Source: Octopus vulgaris (Eukaryota). From it: a stretch of 64,000 nucleotides of DNA. Shown piece by piece: positions 25,871 to 40,824 of the stretch (its first letter is position 1; every line of letters starts with the position of its first letter). Under the pieces are notes generated by a model, which saw nothing but the letters and a program-made list of their open reading frames with translations, was not told where the DNA came from and did no database searches. The translations under genes and the position numbers were made by a program. Where the stretch lies: positions 2,294,001 to 2,358,000 of the forward strand of contig OX597826.1 of assembly GCA_951406725.2 (NCBI GenBank), in the 5' to 3' direction.

Positions 25871-27521
25871 AAGCAAATGACAGTTCGATTCTGTTTTCTG
25901 CTTGGAAATTTGCGGATTTTATATACACACCTGAAACAGGTAAGAACAAATATGCAAGGCTTTTTCTCTTCAAGTTTAAAATGAGACATTGCTGGTATAA
26001 TTTTGTTATATCTATACTCCGCAACCCACGGAAATACCCCAAGTGAGGTGTCTCGCCCTTGTCGAGCTATATCGAAGGAATGCCGAAATATCGGTTTAGT
26101 AATTTGAAATGAGAAATAATAAAAATATAAACTTCTGAAGCTCGTTTTTGAAATCTAAATTATAATTTTTTGTTGTTGTATATATTTTATATTTTTACCA
26201 TTGTAATTTCCTATGACCTGCGGGAATTTCAATATATTTTGTAAGACGAAAACGTTGATGAAAAAATTAGAAGATTACTACGAAAGACGTATACAACATA
26301 GACAAATAAACTAAAAGAAAAAATACGAAAAAAAGAGAGAAAAAGAACAATAGAAGAGAAAAGAAAAGAGAGAACAGCTTAAAGTATTTTCCACTGTTTA
26401 GGTAATTATTTTGTAGCTAGTGAAATAATTATTTTAGAGTGATCGAAAGCATATCTGCAGACTGTTTTACATTGATACACACACATATATATATACACAT
26501 AATTCTATACAACGGATAAACAACAGCAACAGCAGTGAAACATGCAACCATACAGACGTGAAAAAGTGTGTATATGTGTATGGAAGTGTGTGATACTATA
26601 TGTATTATTTATACATACATGCTTATATTCTCTCTCTAGACATACGCACATTACGTATGTAGCATAATATATATGTAAATTACATATTATTTATGTTATG
26701 TATATTATATACATATATGTATGTATGTATGTGTGTCTGTGTATCTCTATGTGTTCATATCTATCTATCTACCTCTATCTATCTGTCTGTCTCTCTCTCT
26801 ATCTATATATATGTATATAAATATATATATTCATACGTATCACATGTAATGGCATTAATATAAATCATATGACAATTACTATGACATGTGTATATATATA
26901 TGCGTGTATATGTGTGTTAATACATATCATGTTACTACTATTTGATAACGGAACTCGCACGTACATTATTTCGGCATATTTTCATGAAGAAACATCAATT
27001 TTATTTTACAACATTTTTCTTTCTGCATTAGAGAAATACATCGATTTCTCTAACATGAACGCTGCACTATTCTTCTTCTCTTTCCTCTAAATTGATATCT
27101 TATAACCTAACAGCAATTTATTTAGAAGCCTACGTTTCTCAATTACTAAGATGTTTAACTATTTTAATCCTACTTTCTATGATACATCGTATTGTTTATG
27201 GTGTTTTGTGTACCTTTTCATAACATATTATCTTGCCCGGTCTCTCTTAATTTCCCGTCATTATAGATGTTCCTTTAATTAGTTTCATTATACATGTTTC
27301 AAAATTACCATAACATAAACTCAATTATCACCGTTCAATATTTATTGCATTTACCACGTTCATTTAATATGAAAAAAATAAAATGAGAATTTCAGCCTTT
27401 GAATATAAATCATGTAAATTCTGTTTTAAATCATGACATGATATTTAGTATATATATATGAAGAATAGAGAATATATACATCTATAATTCACAAATGATC
27501 ACGTTTGCTAAACTCATCGTC

Positions 27522-27580
<59 letters not shown>

Positions 27581-29390
27581 TAGTGAAGCGGATAATCGCG
27601 AATAAGCTTGGTATATATATAGATACACACACACACATATATATATAGGGATATGCATTAATGCAAAGACTGAATATATTCAGAGCATAAACGCCTGTGT
27701 ACAAGCATAAAAATATCTATATATATATATATATGTCTACATCTATATGTATGTATTTATGTATGTATGTATTTATTTATGTATGTATGTATTTATGTAT
27801 GTATGTATGTATGTATGTATGTATGTATGTATGTATGTATGTATGTATGTATGTATGTATGTATGTATGTATGTATGTATGTATGTATCTATCTATCTAT
27901 CTATATGTATATATATTTATATATATATATATATATATATTGATAAGTAAATTTACTTTTATATGGAGTATAAATTTTGTCGAAAACTAAGGAGAGAATG
28001 TGTATTTTTTTTTAACCCGACAGCTGTTTCTGGGAGCTTGGAATTACGTAATGGCTGTGATGTAATCTCTGTCTTTTCTACGCCACCAAAAAGGGATTAA
28101 GTTACGGCTTTGTGAGTCCTGCCTGTCTTGACAGACCGAAGAGATGTTATACAATTAATATCAAACCTATTTTTCAGTTGGTCAAATGCGTGAGCAAGGT
28201 CTGCGTGCGCATCTTTCACTCAGCTGAAATATCGAAATAATATCAACGTCTAGAATCCACCGATGTACAGAACATTGAAAAAGTTTTGTTTTTTTTATTT
28301 TTCACTTTAAAAAACTTAGACCCGAATTCATTTGTCTTGAATCCTGCTCTGGAAATCAATACTGCCCAATACTTCTTTAAGGAGTAACAAAGAGTTTGAC
28401 CCACGTACAAAATATTATATGGCACAGAGCGCCCTCAACAATGGGATACGAACTGCAAATGAGTTGTGGACACAAGCATATGTAGCATATAACGTATGAC
28501 AATACTAACTCGATAATATACGAGCCTAATCCACCATGTAAATTTTGTGTGTGTGTGTGTGTTTGTATGTGTATGTATTTGTGTGCGTATTATGTATACC
28601 TACTTAAGTAGATGCATTCATAGATTTAAAACGAGTGGCCCAAACAATAATATCCTCACAGATTGTTTCCTGTATAACTTCAATTGCTGCGTTTTTTTCG
28701 TATGGTTTGATATGTTTTTTGCTAATCGTTTGTTATTTCAAGTAGTTATTTTTACAAAAATCTACCTTCTGTTATTCTATATCATTCCATATTTATTACA
28801 GTTACCATTATAGCTACTTGTTATGGCTGCTAATGTTGGAGTTGTTCACGTTGACGTTACGAGTTTGTAAGCTTTAGTTGCATTCGCTTTTCTAGTTGTT
28901 TGTTTGTTTTGTAACATTTAGTCTTTCCTACTGTTTTCTTTTTTTTTCCATTCTCTGTTGCTCTTTTAAAATTTGGTAATATATATCTCAACCATAGAGA
29001 ATATTTTTTAGTGGATCATAATTTCTCTTTGAAATCTAATTCAAATTTTGAAATATAGAAAAAGAAAAACAACGAAAAACAGAATGGAACAAAAAAGTCT
29101 TGGAGATATGAATACTCAATTGAACAAACCTATATCCAACTCCCTCTCAATCCATCCATTCACACACACACACATGTACGCACACACACTCACGCACACA
29201 CACGCGCGCACACACAGGCACACACACATATATACACAAACATTTGAATATATGTATGTTTACATATATACGTTTGAGTATGTATGTACATACATCTATT
29301 TATTATCTATACATATAACTGCATTATATATGTGTGTGTGTGTGCGCGCGTGTATTCTCTCACAAATATATACGTAAATGCATATAAATA

Positions 29391-29442
<52 letters not shown>

Positions 29443-29534
29443 CATCTATTTGTCTATCTACCTACCTACTTACCTACCGCCATACCTATCTCTCTGTCAC
29501 TCTATTTATCTATATATCTATCTATCTACCTACG

Positions 29535-29615
<81 letters not shown>

Positions 29616-29979
29616 GTCTATCTATCTACCTATCTATCTATCTACATGAGCGCATGTATATATAAGTGTATCTATATTTTAGAATTCAGCAGTACAACAT
29701 TCGAAACTCCTAAATATTTTGTTTCGAAAGTGTAAAGAGGGATCATTTGTAATGTATTAGAAATAAAATGACTTGCAATTTTGTCCTACCTCCTCAGTGC
29801 ATTACTGATATTTATGGTAACAATTACGGGTGGAAAATATTCAAAGTTGCCCTGGTCAGAATCGACGTCAGTTCTTTAAAGAGATGCAAATCAAAGACAA
29901 TGAGTCGTTTATTGTGATCGACCGATTCAGATATTCAGCATTCTCATTAGCATAATAAAGAATACCAATAATGATAATC

Positions 29980-30335
29980 ATTTCTAACATATTCACAAGG
30001 CTAGTTGATTACATTGACCTCAGTGCATAACTGGTACTTATTTAATCGACTCCGTAAGGACGAACAGCAAAGTCAACCTCGGCGGAATTTGAACTCAGAA
30101 CGTAATGGCAGACAAAATACATATTTCTTTATTACCCACAAGGGGCTAAACACAGAGGGAACAAACAAGGACAGACATAGGTATTAAGTCGATTACATCG
30201 ACCCCAGTGAGTAACTGGTTCTTAATTTATCGACCCCGAAATGATGAAAGGCAAAGCCGACCTCGGCAGAATTCGAACTCACAACGTAACGGCAGACGAA
30301 ATACCGCTAACGTTTCTGCCAGGTCACTACCTTCT
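29980..30335 (-). mobile_element. Family A SINE dimer, followed by (AAT)n
   Basis: Two cores with a junction near 30120. Confidence 0.82.
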
Positions 30336-30337
30336 TG

Positions 30338-30424
<87 letters not shown>

Positions 30425-30438
30425 TTAATAATAATAAT

Positions 30439-30527
<89 letters not shown>

Positions 30528-32169
30528 TAATAATAATAAAATATACGCAGAAAGATAAACATTTTTCGGTTTCTTTGTCAGGGATGAACTTGGCCTGCGG
30601 AAGTTGGTGAATGGTAAGCCTAACGTAAAATTACCTTCAAATTTTTTATTAGTATGACCTGCCTGATGATGATTAATGTCTCATGCGCCCCGCTTCTCGA
30701 AAAATGTGGCTCATGCCTGGCTTAGATATTTAACAGTTAGTCAGTGTGTTGTGTTCGTGTAGCTTCCATGTTCGCTTATGAGACGTCTGAGTTTGATAGG
30801 AGGAAAGAAGGAAGTTATTCTTTATGTGAGAAACCTGGCCTCTAACTTTGCAACACATTGAACTTATGGAATGGAGGTAACTCTAAAGACATAGAATACA
30901 GAACGAATGTGAAGTATTATAAGACGAGGATAAATAGCTTCGGTCTGAGATTGAACCATTAGCTAACCTCTGACTCGCGTATCGTGTTGGAAAAAAACAA
31001 CAACAACAAGAAATGGTCAAGCGATTTATCAGACTCTCGAAGACTAATGGGTTGGAAGAAGAAAAGTATCTCGAGATCGGACCTCTAGACCAAATGCTTG
31101 AAAATAAAGCCGATTCTAACTAAAAGTATTCAAGTGTCAAGTAATGTATTTCAAAAGGTCGATGTATGAAGTATGTTACCCAAGTGGGTCGTAATGGCAT
31201 TTAATTTCAGAAAGTACCGTGCAGCAACAAATAATGCGTGACATCTCATCTTCTCCGTTGAATTAGTGGTTCCACATAGCCACCACTCTTGATTGGTAAA
31301 TTGTTTACAGAAACCGGAAATATCAATGGCAAAATTAATCTCGTCTGGAAGTGAATTAAAAACGCAATGATCCAGAATAAATAACGCGATGTATTTAGCC
31401 CGACACTCGAGTATTCCTGCCAAATTTTAAGTCTCACATCCTCAAACAACATGTCGTGACTTAAATCAATACATATTTTAGACTTTTCTAATTTGTCTTG
31501 CTTCACAAGTACTTTGTTTAACGCTAACTATTGTTTTTCTCATTGCGTGTTAATTTCAAATGATTAAACATCTTTTTTGGCGTAATATATTACGTACGCT
31601 AGCCTTTATCTAACTATATGCATTTTGTTCAAAAACGTCTTTATTCGATTCTTTTTTAATTATCATCACCTTTCCAAATAAATTTATTCTAAACAACTAG
31701 AATTCTGACTACTTTTGTTCCTGAACTTTAAATGTCATATGTCTGAGTGAGAGGCAGACAAATTATGGTGATAACAATCTGAAAAACTTTAAAGCATTCG
31801 TGTGGATAATAAACAAACCAAAAGAAAGAAAAACAGACACTGGACACAATTTCACTCTACGAATGTAAACTAAAATGAAGTCTAGATGCATTTTTCAGTA
31901 CGCAAACACGCACACACTCACACACATACACGTACACACACACACACAGAAACATAAAACTATGAACAGTACGCATAGACGTAGAACCCGTGTACACGCT
32001 AATACATACCGATATACGTATGTGTGTTACGTTTAAATGTACCAGTCATTGACGAATTAACCAGGATGCGGTACACAACTCATTCGTTTTTAACTGTTCG
32101 TATCGATTTTAAATATTTCTCTTTTCGCATTTAGTTTACAGATCTCTATTTGACAAATTATTATATTGT

Positions 32170-32680
32170 CTAGCAACATCATCGCGCATAATTTAGATAA
32201 AATCAAGGAAATGCTACCCAAGTTTCTCAGCGCTTTACACCGAAATTTTCACCTAAACATTAAAGCAACTATCGACTTCATAATGTTCAGTTTCTTAGGG
32301 GTGACGTTTAATATCAATGTCAAATATTCTAACTACATTTGAAAACCATCTTTTATATAGCATACACAGAGAGAACATTTGCAATCATATATGAAGCGAG
32401 ATTAGAAATATTTTCAAAAATTTAAGAGAGACTCTAGCAGTTCTTATGACGTAGCGCTATTCAATAGAATAGGAAATCTATAGAATAGCGAGTTAGAATA
32501 TGGTTCTTTTTAATGGAGCTTAAAAGAAACATTTAATAGCACAAAAGCATGCAACTTAGTAACAGGTAGTGCAAAAGAAAGGTTAAATACTGTAGTCTAC
32601 TCTACTCCGTCAAATAAGTGTAACGCTTGGAAATGAATTCCTTTGATTTTAAAAATACGTTTTCTTCTTGTACATAAAAA
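32170..32680 (+). mobile_element. Highly degenerate Penelope-like RT relic
   Basis: LDKIKEML..., FSFLGVTFNIN...Y..*KP resembles the PLE 'VNFLDVTLNL...YxKP' segment. Confidence 0.4.
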
Positions 32681-33624
32681 GGCAGAAAAGGCAGAATATA
32701 GAGTAATCACTGTCAATCTTTTTGTACTTCAAACGCAATATTCTTTTGTAGTACTCATCAGTTTTCTTGTAACTTTGTTTACCTGCAGTTAGGCTTGGCC
32801 TGGGATATGAAGAAATCCTTTTCATGCATGACCATCCCGTCTTTACAAGTCTTATTTTCTCTTATATAACATCTAATGTGTCCTTTGTTTACGAGGTTAC
32901 AATCTAATGTGTCCTTTGTTTATGAGGTTACAATATCATTTGTGGTAGATGGAATTTGGCTGCTATTCCTAACATGTCAAGCAATCACATAAATAAAAAC
33001 TCTTGTTGACTTATTATTACTATCGCAAATAGTTTAGTCAGGTAAGGAGAATTTTTTTTTGGATCGTTTAGTCAGGTAAGGAGAATTTAAAAGCCTCCAA
33101 CACTGATGGAAAATACCATCATCTGGACATCTTGTAAACAATTGGACTTCTCCATTACAAACATTATTTCGTGATAGTGTTGGCAAGAGTTCGAAACGTC
33201 TATGGTGTGAAATACACTTCAAGAAGTTGAACGGATTAGGAGGCATTTCTCTCTTCGGTCCAAGTTTTTTTCTTGTAAAGGAAAGTGACTGGGGGAGGAA
33301 AGCGTTTCTCCAAACCAGGTTGACAAAAGTAGGCTTATTGAGGTGAAAATGATTAGGGTTAATGGACCTACACAACTCATGTGCCTATATATTGCAGATC
33401 TACATGAGCATGTTATATTTTTACTCTATTAGGGAGTGGAAATCCCGTGTGTAAAGGGCGTACAAGGAGCAACGTAAGGAGCCCCATCCTACGTTCTAAA
33501 GATTCAGCCAGTCCAACATAGGGAAGGATTTTATATTTCATTAAACTCAGGAGCATGAGAGGCAAAACTGACAGCAGCGAGGTTTGAAATCAGTGCCCAA
33601 ACAGTCAGGATTAATAGGAGTTTC

Positions 33625-34985
33625 ATATTTTGGCAGAAGGCCCGGAGGTTTAGAGGAGGTGGGAGTGAAGTCGAGTAAATCGAGCCTAGTGTTCAACTTG
33701 TAAACTTGTACTTATTTTATTGTCCCCGAAAGGATGAAAGGCAAGATCGATCTCGGCGAAATTTGAATTGTGAACGTAAAGAGGACAACATGCTACTAAG
33801 TATTTCGCCCGGCGTGCTGACGATTCTGCCAGCTGGCCGCATTATTCACGATTAATATTCTGTTTTACTCTAGACCCGACATTTTTAGAGAGTGGTCCAG
33901 TCGATCAGAACGACCCCAGTGCGTAACTGTTACTTAATTCATCGAACCTGAAGCGATGAAAAGCAAAGTCGACCTCGGCGGAATTTCAACTCAGAACGAA
34001 ACTGCAAACAAAATACCTATTTCTTTACTACCCACAAGGGGCTACACACAGAGGGGACAAACAAGGACAGACAAACGGATTAAGTCGATTATATCAACCC
34101 CAGTGCGTAAATGGTACTTATTTAATCGACCCAGAAAGGATGAAAGGCAAAGTCGACCTCGGCGTAATTTGAACTCAGAACGTAGCAGCAAACGAAATAG
34201 CTATTTCTTTACTACCCACAATGGGCTAAATACAGAGGGGACAAACAAGGACGGACAAACAGATTAAGCGATTATATCGACCCCAGTGCGTAACTGGTAC
34301 TTATTTAATCAAACCCCCCAAAGGATTTAAAGGCAAAGTCGACCTCGGCGGAATTTGAACTCAGAACGTAGCGGCAGACGAAATACCGCAAAGCATTTCG
34401 CCCGGCGGGCTAACGTTTCTGCCAGCTCGCCGCCTTAATAATAATAATAATCTTTTCTACTGCAGGCACAAACCCCGAAATTTTTGGAGAATGGGGAGCT
34501 GTCGATTAGATCGACTCAAGGACGCAAGTGGTACTTAATTTATCAACCCCGAAAGGATAAAAGGTAATGTCGACCTCAGCGGAATTTGAACTCAGAATGT
34601 ATACATACGAAATACTGCTAAGTATTTCGCCCGGCGTGCCAACAAATCTGCCAGCTCGTCGCCTCATTCAGGATTAAAATAATTTTCTACTCTAGGCAGA
34701 AGGTCTGAAATGTTTGGGAAGGGACCAGTCGATTAGATCCACCCCGTTACCCAACTGGTACTTAATTTATCGATCCAGAAATGATGAAAGGCAAAGTCTA
34801 CCTCGGCGGTCAGTATTAATAGTGCAAGTCTACTGAGGCATTGAGCAGGAAGAATTGTTAGCAGGCCAGGAAAAATGCTTAGCAGTATTTCGCCCGTCTT
34901 TCCGTTCTGCGCAGAGGGATTGATGTAATCGAATTACTCCTACATTGGAAATCCTTTGCTTTGTGTCAGAGTTTGAAACCAATAT
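33625..34985 (-). mobile_element. Cluster of family A SINEs (monomers, a trimer at ~33860-34437, and one plus-strand remnant at ~34855)
   Basis: Six repeated cores of the form GAAAGGCAAAGTCGACCTCGGCGGAATTTGAACTCAG. Confidence 0.88.
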
Positions 34986-35006
34986 TCCAAGAACTCCGCC
35001 AATTCG

Positions 35007-35418
35007 CTCTTTTTACTCTCTTTTTACTCTTTTTACAGGTTTCAGTCGTTTGACTGTGGCCATGCTGGAGCACCGCTTTTAGTCGATCAAATCGACCCCA
35101 TGACGTATTCTTTGTAAGCCTAGTACTTATTCTATCGGTCTCTTTTGCCGAACCGCTAGTTTACGGGGACGTAAACACACCAGCATTGGTTGTCAAGCGA
35201 TGGTGCGGCAACAAACTCAGACACACAAACATGCACGCACATATATATATATATATATACATACATATATACGACGGGCTTCTTTCAGTTTCCGTCTACC
35301 AAATCCACTCACAAGGCTTTGGTCGGCCCGAGGCTATAGTAGAAGACACTTGCCCAACATGCCACGCAATGGGACTGAACCCGGAACCATGTTGTTGGTA
35401 AGCAAACTACTTACCCAC
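35007..35418 (-). mobile_element. Family B SINE, near full length
   Basis: Reverse complement of 17011-17425, including the TTACTCT tail repeats. Confidence 0.88.
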
Positions 35419-35994
35419 ACATCCACTTCTCCCCCTTCGGTATTTATTTATATTTAGGAGTAACTTCTGGAAATACTGTTAGATAAACGGCATAAGAGAA
35501 ATACAATCATCCAGCAACACATTTTACAAAGATTTCGTGATCTAACATTTAGAAATAACTCTCGAGGGAATATATAAGCTAAGTATGATATCATATTTCG
35601 TAGTAGCTTGAAGAATAATTGACATTAGTGTTTGATATAAATTTAAAAATATTTCCGTTATTCTTCTTTTTGTTATACACTTGACTATAACGTGATAATT
35701 AATTTTGACCATGACGTGATAATTGTTGAGAAATATCCAGAGAATGGTCAGTATATAAAAACGTAACTTGGTATTTACCAGTCTTAGAACATGATATATT
35801 TTAACATGAACACCAATTTCTCAATTCTCAAGAACTCACGCATATACGCACACATGCGGATACACATACACGCAGATATACATACACGCGGATATACATA
35901 CACGCGGATATACATACATGCACACACACACCCAAGCACTAGCCCACCTACCCCCACATATCTATCTATCTATCGATCGATCGATCGATCTGTC

Positions 35995-36051
<57 letters not shown>

Positions 36052-36236
36052 GTATGTATCTATCTATCTGTCTATCTATCTATCTATTTATCTATCAAAT
36101 TTCATCCATGACATGCCTACTAAGTATTTTATTGGTCCACAGAGAAGAAAACGATATTTATGGTGATGGGATTTTATCACTAACCAGAAAAGGGACATCA
36201 TAGAACAGTACATTACATAGATTAACTTAATTCTCA

Positions 36237-36301
<65 letters not shown>

Positions 36302-36304
36302 ATG

Positions 36305-36342
<38 letters not shown>

Positions 36343-36354
36343 ACTACTACTGAA

Positions 36355-37835
36355 ACTTTTATTTATTGATCACAAGGTTCGATCAAGACAACAATACAAA
36401 ATAAAAAGCATGAGACCGATTGGGCCTAACACAAAAACATATGTAAACAATAAGATAACAATAATAATAATAATAATAACAATTAACGACAAAATTTCAA
36501 CAATAAAATTCCCCTAAATGGGAAAATTTTTGCTTGACCAACTACAGAACTGCACACATCCTGGTCGCCCAGTTATCCAAGTTTATCCTTCTTTTAGGCG
36601 CATGTTCGGAGAATCACGCGGGCCATTCTCGCCACACTCACTCACTTTTCAACAAAAATACTAGTGGGGGAATCATTTCTCTCAATAGCTTCGCTCTCTT
36701 TTGAAGTGGAATTTGAATATGTCGATGAGGGCTTCGCCGAGGATGATAGTCTCTGTCTTCATTTCATTCACCCTCGTCCACCTGACTACCTTTTTCGCCA
36801 TTGCCCCTTGACGCGGGAAATTTGCCTGCTCTTCCCAACCAAAATAAGGCAGCGGAGCGATACTCATGATAGATTCGGCCGATAACTGGATCTGGTGGCT
36901 GTATATGCAACAATAGCTTTTCGACAAAGTCCCCATGTTAGAAATACTCGGACACTTGACGAGTGCACGCAAAATGGTTTCATCGCTCTAGGCACATCTC
37001 GAACAGATTCTTCTGACAGTACTTCCGTACCTGAACTTGTTTCGAACAGCCCCTCTCCAACCCCAGTAGCAAGGCCAGGGCAGAAAGTCCTTGGTAAAAG
37101 ACGACGAGCCAATTGATCTCCGGCAACGCCTAGAGTTCACCGATGTCGCCATCTCTCTTGTGAGCCACTAATGATCAAGTAGATCTACAATGTGAAGCAT
37201 TCACCTACCGCAATGCACGACTAGTAGAGGGCTACGAGTACTTTCCCGACTGCCCTTGGTCCAGGACTGTAGTTCCATCAATGGGACGAACTGCAGAAAA
37301 CCCTGTCTGACAAAAGCGATCAAACCTGCTCACTGTCGAGGAAACGCTGGATATATTGCAGCCTCAGCGACACGTTCATGTCTGCGCATCATTAGCCATG
37401 GTATGCCCGGTCTCCACTCAGCGGCTGCTGACACCAAATAGACCGTCAACTGAGCTGAACTCATCCGTCCACAGAAAGAGGAATAGCAAGCGCTCTTGCT
37501 TTATCAGCAATGCAGGAGGACAGTGGAAGACAGTCAGGCGATAGAAGAATGCGGATGCAGTGTGCACATCCGCAACCTCTACTCGATATTTCAAGGACTA
37601 CTTCATCTCTGCTCATTTCTGGGTGAGACTGGTCATCCTCAACGTCACCTACCCCTAGCGTTCGTTTACTTGAAGGTTCAGAGCAAATCAAAACCCGTGC
37701 AACTTAACTGGTCCTTCCGGTGTCAATCACTTCAATTCCAAGATGTCCGACTCTATTACCATAACGTCTTCTGCATAAGCTGACGCGAAACCTCCGCGTC
37801 CTAGTTCATGCAGAGGACCCTCGAAACACCCAGCC
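36355..37835 (-). mobile_element. Degenerate Tx1/L1-clade LINE, 3' portion
   Basis: SAYAEDV (YADD) at ~37764-37783, SLKYRVEV...RLLFLFLW, RICSRCA*SDETILRALVKCP (decayed CCHC), AKKVVRWTR; AATAAA near 36360, then a (TAG)n tract. Confidence 0.78.
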
Positions 37836-38991
37836 TCCGTAGCAATAGCTTGAGAGTCAGCATATATAAAACGAGCAAGAGCTGGAATCCTTGACAGACC
37901 AAACATATGATGCTATACGATTCCGATGGATGGCCATTCACTTTGACCACCGAGAGATATCTGTGGATCACTAAACGACTTGCAACATAATTTCACGAGC
38001 ATGTTGTTCCCCTGATTGGATAAACTGGAACCCACGTCGTCGTAATCATCGGAGTACCAGTCGTATCATTAATTTAGCGGTACGGTAAAAGTTACTAATA
38101 GAATAGGTACAAGCCTTTAAAAAATAAATAATTAGGTTGAGTTATTCAATTAAAGTCCTTTATGGCGATGCCTCGGCATGGCTTCAGTTCAAAGAATGAA
38201 ACAAGTAAAACGTAAACATGAGGCATGAAGAGAACAGGGGCTCTTATTCAGGCTACATTGGTGATAGTAAATTTATATCGTATTCTTCATTACTTAGGTT
38301 CGAACACAATAAAGACAAGCAGGTAAAACATAAAATTACAATATAACATATATTTTATGTTGAAAGATGTCGGAATAATTTTACATCGATTTTATTGCTA
38401 GAGCAATTTCGTTGCAATTATTCTGAGAGTCTAAAAATGTTAAGTTTCAAAAGACATGTAGGATCCAAAAACGTAGTTGTACTACCGTGAGGCGAACCTA
38501 TGATTGCTGATTTCCGGTCTGGTTCCATTGATCATGTATCATTAAATATATTGGAGAAAATCACATACGTCATTTCACTCTCTTTCACCAAATCTCAAAT
38601 ATCGGAGCAACTATTATATAAATAGATAGATTAAATAAAAAAAAAATTCCGCATAAATCGAGAATGTCGGAACACACATACGAAACCACTCTGACGTAAA
38701 ATGCATGGACGGACACATATGTACAAAATATATTTACGCCCCTGAAGAAACGTTAGATATGTGAACATGTGCATGTATATGTGTGTGTGTTTGTATATAT
38801 ATATATGCACGCGCGTGTGTGTGTATAAATATACCTGTGTGTGTGTGTGGGTGTGTGTATATATATATGTATATAAATATATGTGTGTGTGTGGATGTAT
38901 ATATATATATATATATATATGTACCTACGTATATGGTTTACTCTCCCGTTAAGGGAATGTCAACAAGTACTCTATCCAGTGAGAAATAAGT

Positions 38992-39056
<65 letters not shown>

Positions 39057-39977
39057 GTATATATATGTATATTTATGTATATTTATGTATATATATATAT
39101 ATATATTATATATATATATATGCATATATATATATATAAATACAATGTCGTAGGAGGATATACAAAGATGCGCACACAACTGCATATGTATCTCTATGTA
39201 GCCGTATATACATACATACATACATATACATACATATACATACATATACATACATACATATATATATAAATATATATATATATGTATGTGAATACATATA
39301 TGGATATGTATCTGTATATATGTAGCATATGTATATGTATATATTTATGTCTATGCATGCGTGTTTGTGAATGCACGCACGCGCACATCCCATCGACCCA
39401 CATATAAAAAAAAATCTTCCAAAATGCTTCACTTAATCAAACCGTTAATATTCTTCAGAAACAAACTGTGAGCAATAATTTCTGGAAACCAACAAAAGTC
39501 AGGAAGAGACGAAAGGAATGGTAAGAGGACTTCATAATCCTATGTTTTGATTAATTTTAAAAAGATGCTTTGTTGCCTGCGCTTTTGTGTGATTCCAACA
39601 AAAGCCTGGATTACAATGTGATCTCATATCAATCTGCAGTAAGACTTTCGCTTTCTTATATGTTTAACGTTATTTTCTGTATTACGTCTCGTTTCGGGTG
39701 TGTGTCTCTGTGTGTATCTATTGTGAGATTGTAGTGTATGTATATATATATATATGTGTGTATGTGTGTGTGTGTGTGTGTGTGTGCATGTAAATTCTGT
39801 GCATGTAAATTCTGTGTCTTGTATGTCGTTTAATAATTTTCATTAGTTCTTTTAAAATATTTCTAGAAAACTTGAGCCTCAACAATCGCGACCATCATGA
39901 GCATCATGATCATCCATCATCCTCCTCCTCCTCCTCATCATCATATCGATCATCATCGTCAGCCTCATCAGCATCAT

Positions 39978-40062
<85 letters not shown>

Positions 40063-40109
40063 TTTTTATTGTTATTATTGTTATTATTGTTATTATTATT
40101 ATTATTATT

Positions 40110-40148
<39 letters not shown>

Positions 40149-40157
40149 ATTGTTGTT

Positions 40158-40598
40158 GAGCGAGAGGGCAGTGCATGCCATCAAAGTGACACTGGGGTAA
40201 AATATACGAAGCCCAGTATAACCATCATGACGACCTGTCTGATAAGGGTACACCAGGCACATGCATCACAAACACATGTGCGCGACATGGTGATCTCATA
40301 TCAAGATAAACAGCGCTTGACCTTGCAGGTGGGACCCAGTTAGAATTTTTTTCTGGTCGAGTAGCTCATTCCGCTCAAAAGGTTCCTGAATAAAGATTGT
40401 TTAAGGATGTTGAACGAACCACCCGTGTTTCCAAAGATGAATTATCCAAACCTCTAAGAGTTCCTCTCAACACACGGCTATGATGCTCCCCCACTACTTC
40501 TGCTCATGATCATAGATGCACATATCGTCAGCCACTAAGGGACATGGTCACCTGGTTATGGTCAAACAACTGACAAGCAAATCAGTGGGAGTGAGCAG

Positions 40599-40599
<1 letters not shown>
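40158..40599 (-). mobile_element. Family D non-coding element between TTA/TTG arrays
   Basis: Homologous to 2258-2712. Confidence 0.8.
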
Positions 40600-40633
<34 letters not shown>

Positions 40634-40824
40634 CATCATCATCATCATTACTAATGTGGTGAGCTGGCAGAATGGTCAGCACGCTGGACGAAATGCCAGC
40701 TCCCGCTTTATCACCGCCACTACCACCACCACCACCACCACCACCACCACCACCACCACCACCATTTAAAACATTAACAACAACAACAACAACAACAATT
40801 ATTATTATCATAACTATAATAATT

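Noticed and set aside
28015-28145. Minus-strand GAAACAGCTGTC hammerhead half
   Set aside because: No CUGANGA half found at a compatible position.
33034-33375. 113-aa ORF, with an open frame also on the opposite strand
   Set aside because: No convincing motif; the faint resemblance to a Tc1 segment is too weak to call.
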